The position numbers and the translations under genes are program-made. From assembly GCA_035548835.1 (NCBI GenBank), contig DASZSB010000194.1:13832-77831 (forward strand): a stretch of DNA of 64,000 nucleotides, read 5' to 3'. The notes below the pieces were generated by a model. The model made no database searches and was not told the origin of the DNA. It worked only from the letters and a program-made list of their open reading frames with translations. The DNA is from Gammaproteobacteria bacterium. GTDB lineage: Bacteria > Pseudomonadota > Gammaproteobacteria > Steroidobacterales > Rariloculaceae. Shown here in pieces: positions 10,467-18,847 of this stretch. Within the stretch, counting starts at the first letter, position 1; each line of letters opens with the position of its first letter.

Positions 10467-10988
10467 GTGCTGTACGACTTCGGCGCGCATCGCGTTCAAA
10501 CCGCCGGCGACGACTTCTTCGTGGCGCCGAGTGCGTCCGTGATCGGGCGCGTGACGCTCGGCCGCGACGCCAGCGTCTGGTTCAACGCGGTGCTGCGCGG
10601 CGACGGCAACGACATCCGGGTGGGCGATCGCACGAACGTGCAGGACACCGCGGTGCTGCACGTCGACAGCGACGCGCCGTGCACGGTCGGCAACGACGTC
10701 ACCATCGGCCACGGCGCCACCGTGCACGGCTGCACCGTCGGCGACTTCAGCCTGATCGGCATCGGCGCGGTGATCCTGAGCCACGCCGTGATCGGCCGCT
10801 ACTGCCTCGTCGGCGCCGGCGCGCTGGTCACGGAACGCAAGGTGTTCGCCGATCGATCTCTGATCATCGGTGCGCCGGCACGGCGGCTGCGCGAGCTGAC
10901 CGACGCCGAATGCCGCGCGCTCGAGGCGAGCGCCGCCCATTACGCCGAGCTCGGCCGCCAGTACCGCAGCGACCTGAAGCCGCGCTAG
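10467..10988 (+). CDS. gamma-class carbonic anhydrase family protein (hexapeptide-repeat, YrdA/PaaY-like)
   Basis: It shows left-handed beta-helix hexapeptide repeats and the pattern SVWFNAVLRGD...IRVGDRTNVQD..VLH. The GTG start at 10467 lies 6 nt after the gpmA stop. Confidence 0.8.
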   Translation: MLYDFGAHRVQTAGDDFFVAPSASVIGRVTLGRDASVWFNAVLRGDGNDIRVGDRTNVQDTAVLHVDSDAPCTVGNDVTIGHGATVHGCTVGDFSLIGIGAVILSHAVIGRYCLVGAGALVTERKVFADRSLIIGAPARRLRELTDAECRALEASAAHYAELGRQYRSDLKPR

Positions 10989-11077
10989 ACGCGGCGCGGC
11001 TCCCAGCCGTACCGCACGGTACGTAGAATCCACAGCAGCGGCGCGGCTCGACCGGCCGCTAGAGTGAGCCCACCTCC

Positions 11078-11452
11078 TTGACGCAGGGCTCGCGTGTGGC
11101 CGCCAAGCTTGCAGACCTCGATGCCATTCCCGGCACCTACCCCTTCGACGGCAGGCTCGCACAGAAGGGCTACGCGCTGAACAAGATGTGCTACTCGTTC
11201 AACGACGCGGCCAACCGCGCCGAGTTCGTGCGCGACGAGGACGCGTACTGCCGGAAATTCGGCCTCAACGCCGAGCAACGCGAAGCTGTCCGCAAGCGCG
11301 ACGTGCTCGCGCTGCTGGCCGCCGGCGGCAACGTGTACTACCTCGCGAAGTTCGCCGGCATCTTCGGCCTCGGCGTGCAGGATATCGGCGCACAGCAGAC
11401 CGGCATGACGCTCGACGCCTTCAAGGCCAAGCTCAAAGCGGCGGGGAAGTGA
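11078..11452 (+). CDS. LigA-type small (alpha) subunit of a class III extradiol ring-cleavage dioxygenase
   Basis: IPGTYPFDGRLAQKGYALNKMCYSF...GGNVYYLAKFAGI resembles the protocatechuate 4,5-dioxygenase alpha chain. It is more diverged from canonical LigA than the second copy at 53956. The start is uncertain: TTG at 11078 or GTG at 11096. Confidence 0.7.
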   Translation: MTQGSRVAAKLADLDAIPGTYPFDGRLAQKGYALNKMCYSFNDAANRAEFVRDEDAYCRKFGLNAEQREAVRKRDVLALLAAGGNVYYLAKFAGIFGLGVQDIGAQQTGMTLDAFKAKLKAAGK

Positions 11453-11454
11453 CC

Positions 11455-12294
11455 ATGGCGCGCATCGTCGGCGGCATCTGCACCTCGCACATTCCGGCCA
11501 TCGGCAACGCGATCGCGCGCGGGCTGCAGAACGATCCGTACTGGCAACCGTTCTTCGAGGGCTACCCACCCGTGCGTGAGTGGCTCGAGCGCGTGAAGCC
11601 GGACGTGGCCGTCATGGTCTACAACGACCACGGCCTGAATTTCTTCCTCGACAAGATGCCCACGTTCGCAATCGGCGCGGCCGCCGAGTACCAGAACGCC
11701 GACGAAGGCTGGGGCCTGCCGACGCTGCCGCCCTACCCCGGCGATCCGGATCTGTCGTGGCACATCATCGAATCGCTCGTGAACGACGAGTTCGACATCA
11801 CGAGCTGCCAGGAGATGCGTGTCGACCACGCGTTCACCGTGCCGATCGCATTGCTCTGGCCAGGCACGCAGCGGCGCGTCAAGACAGTGCCCGTGGCCGT
11901 GAACACGGTGCAGCATCCGCTGCCGACACCGCACCGCTGCTTCAAGCTCGGCGAGGCACTCGGCCGCGCCATCGCGTCGTATCCGAAGGACCTGCGCGTC
12001 GTCGTGCTCGGCACCGGCGGCCTCTCGCACCAGCTCGACGGCGAGCGGGCGGGCTTCATCAACAAGGAATTCGATCTCGAGTGCCTCGAGAAGATCGTCA
12101 ACGATCCGCAGGCGCTGACGAAGTACTCGATCCACGACCTCGTGCGGCTCGCCGGCACGCAGGGCGTCGAGCTCATCATGTGGCTCGTGATGCGCGGCGC
12201 GCTGTCGACGCGCGTGCGTCAGGTGCACCGGCACTACCACATCCCCGTGTCGAACACGGCCGCGGGTTTGCTGTTGCTCGAGAACGCGGCCTAG
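11455..12294 (+). CDS. LigB-type catalytic (beta) subunit of a class III extradiol dioxygenase
   Basis: MARIVGGICTSHIPAIG...VMVYNDHGLNFF...VDHAFTVP...LGTGGLSHQL carries the LigB-family metal ligand motifs. The start lies 3 nt after the small-subunit stop. Confidence 0.85.
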   Translation: MARIVGGICTSHIPAIGNAIARGLQNDPYWQPFFEGYPPVREWLERVKPDVAVMVYNDHGLNFFLDKMPTFAIGAAAEYQNADEGWGLPTLPPYPGDPDLSWHIIESLVNDEFDITSCQEMRVDHAFTVPIALLWPGTQRRVKTVPVAVNTVQHPLPTPHRCFKLGEALGRAIASYPKDLRVVVLGTGGLSHQLDGERAGFINKEFDLECLEKIVNDPQALTKYSIHDLVRLAGTQGVELIMWLVMRGALSTRVRQVHRHYHIPVSNTAAGLLLLENAA

Positions 12295-13154
12295 CGCCCG
12301 GGCCAGACGCGGATCACGCCTTCCTGCGCCGTCGACGCCACGAGGCGACCGTCGCGCGTGAAGAACTTGCCGAGCGCAAGACCGCGCCCGCCCGACGCGT
12401 TCGGGCTCTCCATGACGTAGAGCAACCAGTCGTCGACGCGGAACGGCCGGTGGAACCACATCGCGTGATCGAGGCTCGCCATCTGCACGTTGCCCTCGGC
12501 GAAGTGGATGCCGTGCGGCAGCGTCGCCGTCGCCACGAGCTGATAGTCCGACACGTACGCGAGCACGTTGCGGTGCAGGTCGGGATCGTCCGGCAGCGCG
12601 TCGGTGGTCTTGATCCAGATGTGGCGCACCGGCGGCGCCGGCGGCGGCGCGACGACCTGGATCGGCTCCACGGGCCGCACGTGGAACGGCCGCTCGTGCG
12701 TCAGGAAGCGCCGCATCTTCTCCGGCACCTTCAGGATCATCTCCTCGGGCAACTCGCGCGCGTCGGCGAGCCCCTCGGGCCCCGGCACTTGGGGCATGAC
12801 ATCGGAGTGCTCGAGCCCCCGCTCCGGCACCTGGAACGACACCGTCATGTTGAAGATCGGCTGGCCGTGCTGGATCGCCACTACGCGCCGGTTGCTGAAG
12901 CTCTTGCCGTCGCGCGCGACATCCACCTCGTAGATGATCGGCGCGTCCACGTCGCCCGCGACGAGGAAGTACGCGTGCAGCGAGTGCACCTCGCGGCCCT
13001 GCACCGTGTAGCTCGCGGCCGTCAACGCCTGCCCCAGCACCTGGCCGCCGAACACGCGCGCGCCGCCGAGATCGCGGCTTTCACCACGGAAGATGCGATC
13101 CTCGACCCGCTCGAGCTTCAGCAGGTGCAGCAGGTCCGCGAGGATCGGCTCCAT
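12291..13154 (-). CDS. tesB: acyl-CoA thioesterase II
   Basis: It has the TesB N-terminus LLHLLKLERVEDRIFRGESRDLGGARVFGGQVLGQAL and double hot-dog length (287 aa). Confidence 0.85.
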   Translation of the reverse strand: MEPILADLLHLLKLERVEDRIFRGESRDLGGARVFGGQVLGQALTAASYTVQGREVHSLHAYFLVAGDVDAPIIYEVDVARDGKSFSNRRVVAIQHGQPIFNMTVSFQVPERGLEHSDVMPQVPGPEGLADARELPEEMILKVPEKMRRFLTHERPFHVRPVEPIQVVAPPPAPPVRHIWIKTTDALPDDPDLHRNVLAYVSDYQLVATATLPHGIHFAEGNVQMASLDHAMWFHRPFRVDDWLLYVMESPNASGGRGLALGKFFTRDGRLVASTAQEGVIRVWPGR

Positions 13155-13158
13155 GGCG

Positions 13159-14037
13159 CTAGCGCTTCTCGTGGCGATTCAGCCGCGCGATCAAGCTGGA
13201 GGTATCCCAGCGCTTGCCGCCCATGCCGACCACGTCGGCGTAGAACTGATCGACGAGCGCCGCGACCGGCAGCTCGGCGCCGTTGTTGCGCGCTTCCTGC
13301 AGGCAGATCCGCAGATCCTTGCGCATCCATTCCACGGCGAAGCCGAAGTCGAACTTGTTCTCGCTCATGGTCTTCCAGCGATTCTCCATCTGCCACGACT
13401 GCGCGGCGCCCTTGGAGATCGTGTCGATCACGGTCGCGACGTCGAGCCCGGCCTTGCGCGCAAAGTTCAGCGCCTCGGCAAGGCCCTGCACGACGCCAGC
13501 GATCGCAATCTGGTTGACCATCTTCGTGAGCTGGCCCGAGCCCGCGGGCCCGAGCAGCCGCACGTTGTGCGCGTAGGAGCGGATCACGGGCTCGGCGGTC
13601 GCGAAGGCCGCGGCGTCCCCACCCACCATGACCGTGAGCTTGCCGTTCTCGGCGCCGGCCTGGCCGCCCGACACCGGCGCATCGAGGCAGTGCACGCCGC
13701 GCGCCTTGCCCGCCGCGGCGATCTCGCGCGCCACGTCCGCCGAGGCGGTCGTGTGATCGCAAAAAATGCTGCCCGGCTTCATCGCAGCGATTACGCCGCC
13801 GTCGCCGATCGCGATGGCGCGCAGATCCGGGTCGTCGCCGACGCAGCTGAACACGATCTCCGCGCCCTGCGCCGCGGCAGCGGGCGTCGCCGCCGTGCGC
13901 CCGCCGTACTCCGTTGCCCACCGCTCGGCCTTCGCCGCAGTGCGATTGAACACCGTGACGGTGTGACCCTTCCGCGCCAGCCAGCCGGCCATCGGGAAGC
14001 CCATGACGCCAAGACCGAGAAACGCTACGTTCGCCAT
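13159..14037 (-). CDS. NAD(P)-dependent oxidoreductase, 3-hydroxyisobutyrate dehydrogenase family
   Basis: It has the Rossmann motif [28 protein letters not shown] and a 6PGDH-like C-terminal domain. Confidence 0.85.
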   Translation of the reverse strand: MANVAFLGLGVMGFPMAGWLARKGHTVTVFNRTAAKAERWATEYGGRTAATPAAAAQGAEIVFSCVGDDPDLRAIAIGDGGVIAAMKPGSIFCDHTTASADVAREIAAAGKARGVHCLDAPVSGGQAGAENGKLTVMVGGDAAAFATAEPVIRSYAHNVRLLGPAGSGQLTKMVNQIAIAGVVQGLAEALNFARKAGLDVATVIDTISKGAAQSWQMENRWKTMSENKFDFGFAVEWMRKDLRICLQEARNNGAELPVAALVDQFYADVVGMGGKRWDTSSLIARLNRHEKR

Positions 14038-14049
14038 TGTTCTTTGTTC

Positions 14050-14916
14050 CTATTGCAGTGCCGCATCGAGCTCCGCCGCGAGCGCCCGATGCGGAACAGG
14101 ATCCGCCGCGCGCCCCGCGCCGAGCTCGGCCCAAAACCACGCCAGGAGCCGCACCATCCGCACCATCGTCGCGAGCTCGGCCAGCGCGGCCGTGGTCGGC
14201 GTATCGCGCTGGTACGACTCGAGCAGCAACCGCTGCTCGGCGAGCCCCAGGCCGTTCATGCCCGCGAAGTTGGCCAGATCGAGCAGCGGCGTGGCGCGCA
14301 CAGCATACTCGAAGTCGACGAGCGACAGCTTGCCGTCGTCGAGCACGTTGGCGGCCACGAGGTCGTTGTGACAGAACGCCGTCGGCGCGTAGGTCGCGTC
14401 GTAACGGCGCGCGAGCGCTAGCAGATCCTCGGCCCGCCGTACGAACTTGGGCTCCGCCATGGCGGAGCCCAGCTCATCGACGTAGCTGCGCGCGATACGC
14501 TCGGCCGCGAACACCGGCAGCGAGGTCGCGACCGTGTGCAGCAGGCGCAGCGTCGCCGCGAGGCGCGGGATGTTCGCCATGCGCCGCGCGACCGCGGGCG
14601 TCCACGCCGGGCCCGCACGATACTCCGTCAGCAGCACACCCTCGTAGGGCGCCACGGCCACGACGCGCGGCGCAAGCTGCGCCCGTGCCGCAGCCATCAT
14701 CGCATCCGCCTCGGCCGTGAGATCGAGCAACGCACTCGAGCGCTCGACCGGTGCGCGCAGCACACATCGGCGACCGTCCGCGAACGTCACGAGCCAGCTG
14801 CGCCGGTGGAGCCCCCCGTGCAGCGGCTCGAGCGTGGCATTCGCCACGTCGGCGTCGCTGGCGACGACCCGGCGCAGCGCCGCGCGCGCCGCCGCAATGT
14901 CCGCGCCTGGCGTCAC
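14050..14916 (-). CDS. phosphotransferase-family kinase, thiamine kinase (ThiK)-like
   Basis: It has the APH/choline-kinase catalytic motifs FCHNDLVAANVL and LVDFEYA. The GTG start forms a GTGA overlap with the stop of the PnuC-like gene. The thiamine context comes from the upstream TPP riboswitch. Confidence 0.7.
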   Translation of the reverse strand: MTPGADIAAARAALRRVVASDADVANATLEPLHGGLHRRSWLVTFADGRRCVLRAPVERSSALLDLTAEADAMMAAARAQLAPRVVAVAPYEGVLLTEYRAGPAWTPAVARRMANIPRLAATLRLLHTVATSLPVFAAERIARSYVDELGSAMAEPKFVRRAEDLLALARRYDATYAPTAFCHNDLVAANVLDDGKLSLVDFEYAVRATPLLDLANFAGMNGLGLAEQRLLLESYQRDTPTTAALAELATMVRMVRLLAWFWAELGAGRAADPVPHRALAAELDAALQ

Positions 14917-15527
14917 GCGGCGGCCTCGCGCTGTGCACCCCAGTCGCGCCACCAGCGGTACCAGCCGATCACGACGAGCACGAGGTACAGGGCGAACAGC
15001 GCCGCGTAGAGATTCAGCCCGCGCTGCACGTAGAGGTACAGGCTCGCGGAATCGATCACGAGCCAGTAGGGCCAGTTCTCGAGGATCTTGCGCGCCACCA
15101 TGTACGTGGTGACGATCGAGGCCACGGTGATCCAGGAGTCGGCATACGGATACGCCGCCGCGGTGTAACGGTGCAGCGTCCAGCCGATCGCCGTACCGCC
15201 CGCGGCGATGATCAGGAGCGCGAGTGCATGCGCACGCCACGGCCACACGGAGATCGGCAGCGGCACGGCACCGCTGCCGGGGCCGCGGCCGCCGTAGCGC
15301 CACTGGTACCACCCATACACGGCCATGGCCGCATAGAACACGTTCAACGCCGACTCGCTGTAGAGGCGCGCCTCGGCCAGCACGATCACGGCCAGCAACG
15401 ACGACACAAACGCGGCCGGCCAGCACCAGATGCTCGCGCGGATCGCGAGCACGAGATAGGCAATGCTGAGCAGCACGCCCGCCGCCTCGAGCGGCGGCAG
15501 CGCCTTCGCCATTGCGAGCAGGTCCAT
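14913..15527 (-). CDS. PnuC-family vitamin transporter (thiamine-type, PnuT-like by context)
   Basis: It is a multi-pass membrane protein with PnuC-like features: WPAAFVSSLLAV..., Y..YGWYQW and W.WW near the C-terminus. I placed the start at MDLLAMAK (15527). Confidence 0.8.
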   Translation of the reverse strand: MDLLAMAKALPPLEAAGVLLSIAYLVLAIRASIWCWPAAFVSSLLAVIVLAEARLYSESALNVFYAAMAVYGWYQWRYGGRGPGSGAVPLPISVWPWRAHALALLIIAAGGTAIGWTLHRYTAAAYPYADSWITVASIVTTYMVARKILENWPYWLVIDSASLYLYVQRGLNLYAALFALYLVLVVIGWYRWWRDWGAQREAAA

Positions 15528-15543
15528 GCGGCCGCCTGCCCTG

Positions 15544-15819
15544 TTACGGGCGCGTGAGCACCGGTGGCTCGCCGATCGGCAGATCGGCATTCAGGATTTT
15601 CAGCACCAGCGCCTGCGAGCCGCCGGCACCGAACGAGCGCTCGATCGCGGTCGTGAGTACGTCCATGACATCGCGCAACTCGCCGCGCGCCTGCGTGCTC
15701 AGCTGATTCACGACGACTTCGATGCGGCGGTCGCCCTGGACGGTACCGATGAACGCGAGGATCTTCTCGAGCGGCTGCCCGGCCAGCGGATACAGGCTCA
15801 TCTCGACGGTGACGCGCAT
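15544..15819 (-). CDS. YkoF/MTH1187-like thiamine (HMP)-binding protein
   Basis: The 91 aa product begins MRVTVEMSLYPLAGQPLEKILAFIGTVQGD..., a beta-alpha-beta ferredoxin-like pattern typical of the YkoF family. It sits between the receptor and transporter of a TPP-regulated operon. Confidence 0.6.
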   Translation of the reverse strand: MRVTVEMSLYPLAGQPLEKILAFIGTVQGDRRIEVVVNQLSTQARGELRDVMDVLTTAIERSFGAGGSQALVLKILNADLPIGEPPVLTRP

Positions 15820-15827
15820 GTTTGCTC

Positions 15828-17948
15828 CTACCAGTGGTAGCTCATGGTCAACCCGACCTGGCGCGGATCGCCAAGCCGCGTGTACAGCCTGTTCGGGAAA
15901 TCCGGCGGCTCGTTGCCGAAGTAGAAGCCGCGCACGAAGTATTCCTTGTCGAAGACGTTGCGCGCCCAGAGCTTCACGGACCAGCTGCGGAAATCGCGAC
16001 CGACCGACAGGTTCGTCAGGCTGTACGGCTTCGACATCTGATCGTGGCCATAGTCGAAGAAGAACTTGTCCATGCCCTGCACATCGACCCTGCCCCACCA
16101 GCCCGACGGCGTGCGATACGTGGCACCCAGCGAGTATGTGTAGCGCGGCGCGTGCGCCTCCTCGCGGCCTTCGATCGAGGGAAACAGCGAGAACTCGTCG
16201 ATCTTCGTCGCGAGCCAGCCGACGGCCGCGTTCAGCGCGACGCGCTCGCCGGCCCGCCAGTCGAGGCTGGCTTCGACGCCATGGTGCTCGCCACGCTCCG
16301 CGTTCGCGGTCACGAGCAGGAACGACGACGGGTCGCCGAGACGCAGCTGGATCGGCACTTTGATCTGTTGATCCATGCGGCGCGCGGCGAACGCCCCGAC
16401 GTCGACTCGCAGCCGGCCGTCGGCGGACGTGGCTCGCACGCCGGCTTCGAGACTCGTCAGGAACTCGGGGCCGAACTGAATTTCGTTCGGCGTGAGCCCG
16501 TCGACCGTGGAGAAATCGACGCCGGCCAGCGACACGTTGAAACCGCCGGCCTTGTAGCCGCGTGCGAGCCGCACATAAGCGGCGCGCCGCTCGGCGAGCT
16601 TCCAGTCGAACGCGACGTCGCCGCCGTTCATGTTGTCGTCCGGCGCGAAGTGGTACCCCGACGAGTCGCCGTAGTGCGCGGTGCGCCGCTCCGCGCGCAA
16701 GCCCGCGGTCAGATCGAGCCGCGAGGTCAGCGAGATTCGCACCTGTCCGAACACGGCGACATTGGTGGCGTCGTAGCGACTCAGGACGTCGCTGTCCGTC
16801 ACGAGGTCGCAGTCGGGACCGCAAAACGGATCCGAGTACACGCCGTTCACGAGATGGTCGTTGCTCTCGTCGAGATCGAGCGCGTACACCCCGACGAGCC
16901 AGTCACCGCGCCCGCCGGCGATGGCGCCGGGCTTCGACAGCACGCGCAGCTCCTCGTTGTACGTGCGCCGCTCGCGGTTCGTGGCGTCGACGTAGTCGTA
17001 GACGTACGGCGCCCAGTACGCCGCGTTGCCCCAGTCCGCATCGAAGCTGAACACCGCGCTCGTATCGGCCACGCCCGTGATGCTGACGATGTCGACGCGA
17101 TCGAGCTCCGCCGTGACGCGCGCCGACACAGCCTTCGAGCGCTGAGCGTCGCGCCCCGGCTTGTCGGTGTAGGTCCTGAACCCGTTGTCGATGGCCCAGG
17201 CGTCGTAGCCGTTGTCGATGTCGATGTAGAGCGCCGTGAAGTCCACCGCCACGCGGTCGCTCGGCGTCCATTTGAGCTTGCCGCGCGCCGTGAGCTCGTC
17301 GCGGCCGTAGGTATCGTGCCGGTTCAGGTACACGTTGTCGCGGAACCCGTCACTCTCGTACTTCTGCACGGAGGCGCGATACGCGAGCGTGTCGCTCAGA
17401 GGGCCCCCGGCCGCGGCGCCGACACCGCGCGTGCCGTCGCTGCCAACGGTCGCCTCCACGTCGGCGTCGCGCTCGCGCGAGGGCTCGATCGAGCGCAGGT
17501 AGATCAGGCCGCCGAGCGCGTTCGCGCCGTAACGCGAACCCTGCGGTCCGCGCAGCACCTCGACGCGATCGATGTCGAACAGAGTGCCGATGGCGCCCAG
17601 GCCTGAGAAGTCGATGTCGTCGACGATGAAGCCGATCGACGGATTCGGCGAGCCTTCATACTGTTCGAGCTCGCCCACGCCGCGCAGCTGGAAATAGCGT
17701 GCGCGCGAGCCCTCGCCCGAGAGATTCAGGTTCGGCACCTGGCGGATCGCCTCCTCGAAGTGCTGCTGCGTCGTTTCGCGCAGCGTCTCGCGGTCGAGCA
17801 CGGTGACGCTCGCGGGGAGCTGCTCGATGTTCGTGTCGCGGAATGCCGCGGTCACGACGATCTCCTCGAGACCTTCCGGAGGCTGCGCGCGAAGCGCGGC
17901 GGGTAGAACGGCGGCGACGGCCGCCACGGGCAAGAACAAACGCTGCAT
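15828..17948 (-). CDS. TonB-dependent outer-membrane receptor (thiamine/precursor uptake by context)
   Basis: It has a signal peptide, a TonB box (EEIVVTA), a plug domain (VEVLRGPQGSRYGANALGGLI) and a C-terminal beta-barrel ending in an aromatic residue (MSYHW). A TPP riboswitch lies directly upstream. Confidence 0.9.
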   Translation of the reverse strand: MQRLFLPVAAVAAVLPAALRAQPPEGLEEIVVTAAFRDTNIEQLPASVTVLDRETLRETTQQHFEEAIRQVPNLNLSGEGSRARYFQLRGVGELEQYEGSPNPSIGFIVDDIDFSGLGAIGTLFDIDRVEVLRGPQGSRYGANALGGLIYLRSIEPSRERDADVEATVGSDGTRGVGAAAGGPLSDTLAYRASVQKYESDGFRDNVYLNRHDTYGRDELTARGKLKWTPSDRVAVDFTALYIDIDNGYDAWAIDNGFRTYTDKPGRDAQRSKAVSARVTAELDRVDIVSITGVADTSAVFSFDADWGNAAYWAPYVYDYVDATNRERRTYNEELRVLSKPGAIAGGRGDWLVGVYALDLDESNDHLVNGVYSDPFCGPDCDLVTDSDVLSRYDATNVAVFGQVRISLTSRLDLTAGLRAERRTAHYGDSSGYHFAPDDNMNGGDVAFDWKLAERRAAYVRLARGYKAGGFNVSLAGVDFSTVDGLTPNEIQFGPEFLTSLEAGVRATSADGRLRVDVGAFAARRMDQQIKVPIQLRLGDPSSFLLVTANAERGEHHGVEASLDWRAGERVALNAAVGWLATKIDEFSLFPSIEGREEAHAPRYTYSLGATYRTPSGWWGRVDVQGMDKFFFDYGHDQMSKPYSLTNLSVGRDFRSWSVKLWARNVFDKEYFVRGFYFGNEPPDFPNRLYTRLGDPRQVGLTMSYHW

Positions 17949-17950
17949 GT

Positions 17951-17976
17951 CGGATCTCCTCTGCGAGTGAGATCCG
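17951..17976 (-). promoter_or_regulatory. Shine-Dalgarno-sequestering hairpin (expression platform of the TPP riboswitch)
   Basis: The minus-strand RNA reads CGGAUCUC-ACUCGCAGAG-GAGAUCCG, an 8 bp stem. Its 3' arm contains most of the GGAG SD, 3 nt upstream of the receptor ATG at 17948. Confidence 0.5.
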
Positions 17977-18012
17977 GTCTTCGTATCTAGCGAGTGGGGA
18001 AAAAGGCAGATT

Positions 18013-18104
18013 CCCGTCCCTTCGCCGGTACTAACCGGATCAGGTTCAAAGGGTTGATCGACGCATGCCGCCGATCTCTCAGGCCGTTGCCGGCCACCCC
18101 TCGG
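18013..18104 (-). promoter_or_regulatory. TPP (THI-box) riboswitch aptamer
   Basis: The minus-strand RNA reads CCGAGGGGUGGCCGGCAACGGCCUGAGAGAUCGG...CAACCCUUUGAACCUGAUCCGGUUAGUACCGGCGAAGGGACGGG. It contains the conserved GGGGUG, CUGAGA, ACCC..UGAACCUGAUC.GGUUA.UACC.GCG.AGGGA core. A possible -10 element (TATGAT, 18119-18124 minus) lies just upstream. Confidence 0.85.
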
Positions 18105-18159
18105 TCCTAAGCGCCGCCATCATATTTCAGCTGCGGTGGGGACGCTACCGTTCGTTGCA

Positions 18160-18316
18160 GAAGAGAAGACTTGCTCTCGCCAAGACGCCAAGGCGCCGAG
18201 GAAGAAATGGCAAGTGCAAACAAGGGGGATGAGACGGGGAGGAACGAAGGACTACTCGATACTCCCTTCATTCTCTTCCCTTGGCGTCTTGGCGCCTTGG
18301 CGAGAGAGCCTCTTCC
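18160..18316. repeat. long imperfect palindrome (about 24 bp GC-rich arms around a roughly 85 nt lower-GC spacer)
   Basis: The left arm at 18174-18197 is CTCTCGCCAAGACGCCAAGGCGCC. The right arm at 18283-18306 is GGCGTCTTGGCGCCTTGGCGAGAG, and 22 of 24 positions are complementary. Extra partial pairing occurs outside the arms (GAAGAG / CTCTTC) and inside them (GAGGAAGAAATGG / CCCTTCATTCTCTTCC). It lies between the moaB stop and the thiamine operon promoter. Confidence 0.5.
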
Positions 18317-18322
18317 CGCCGC

Positions 18323-18847
18323 CTACTCTTTGAGACGGGGCATGAGCTCCGCGAGGTTGCACGGCCGCGTGCGGAAGTCGAGCTGCGAGGCAATCAGCTT
18401 GTCCCACCCCGTGGCGCACGCGTTCGAGGAGCCGGGCAGGCAGAAGATGTACGTCGCATTGGCCACGCCGGCGAGACAGCGCGACTGCAGGCTCGAGGGA
18501 CCGATCTCCTCGTAGGAGATCGTGCGGAACAGCTCGCCGAAGCCGTCGATCTGCTTGTCGAGCAGCACTTCGACCGCCTCCGGCGTGCCGTCGCGGCCCG
18601 TGATGCCGGTGCCGCCGGTGGTGATGACCACCTCGACGTTCGCATCCGCGATCCACGCCGAGACGATCGCGCGGATCGCGTAAACGTCGTCGCGCACGAT
18701 GCTCTTCGCCGCGAGCGTGTGGCCCGCCGCGCGCAGGCGCTCGACGAGCAGCGCGCCGGACTTGTCCGTCGCCTCGTTGCGCGTGTCGGACACCGTGAGG
18801 ATCGCGATCTTCAGCGGCTTGAACGCCCGCGGCTCGGTGGTCGTCAT
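18323..18847 (-). CDS. moaB: molybdenum cofactor biosynthesis protein B (MoaB/MogA family)
   Basis: The 174 aa product has [10 protein letters not shown]...[14 protein letters not shown]...PGSSNA motifs. Its ATG overlaps the stop of the upstream GNAT gene (ATGA). Confidence 0.85.
   Translation of the reverse strand: MTTTEPRAFKPLKIAILTVSDTRNEATDKSGALLVERLRAAGHTLAAKSIVRDDVYAIRAIVSAWIADANVEVVITTGGTGITGRDGTPEAVEVLLDKQIDGFGELFRTISYEEIGPSSLQSRCLAGVANATYIFCLPGSSNACATGWDKLIASQLDFRTRPCNLAELMPRLKE

Noticed and set aside
15822-17606. 594 aa plus-strand ORF
   Set aside because: It is antisense to the TonB-dependent receptor gene, which has a TonB box, a plug and a barrel terminus. I treat it as a GC-driven artefact, along with the 426 aa minus-strand alternative-frame ORF at 15544-16824. 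Only the last 91 codons of that ORF (15544-15819, the YkoF-like gene) are real.
18136-18515. Track ORFs 18136-18333 and 18171-18515 (plus)
   Set aside because: They read through the long palindrome and antisense into moaB. They have low-GC, non-coding-like codon usage and no start context. The region is better explained as a structured intergenic element.
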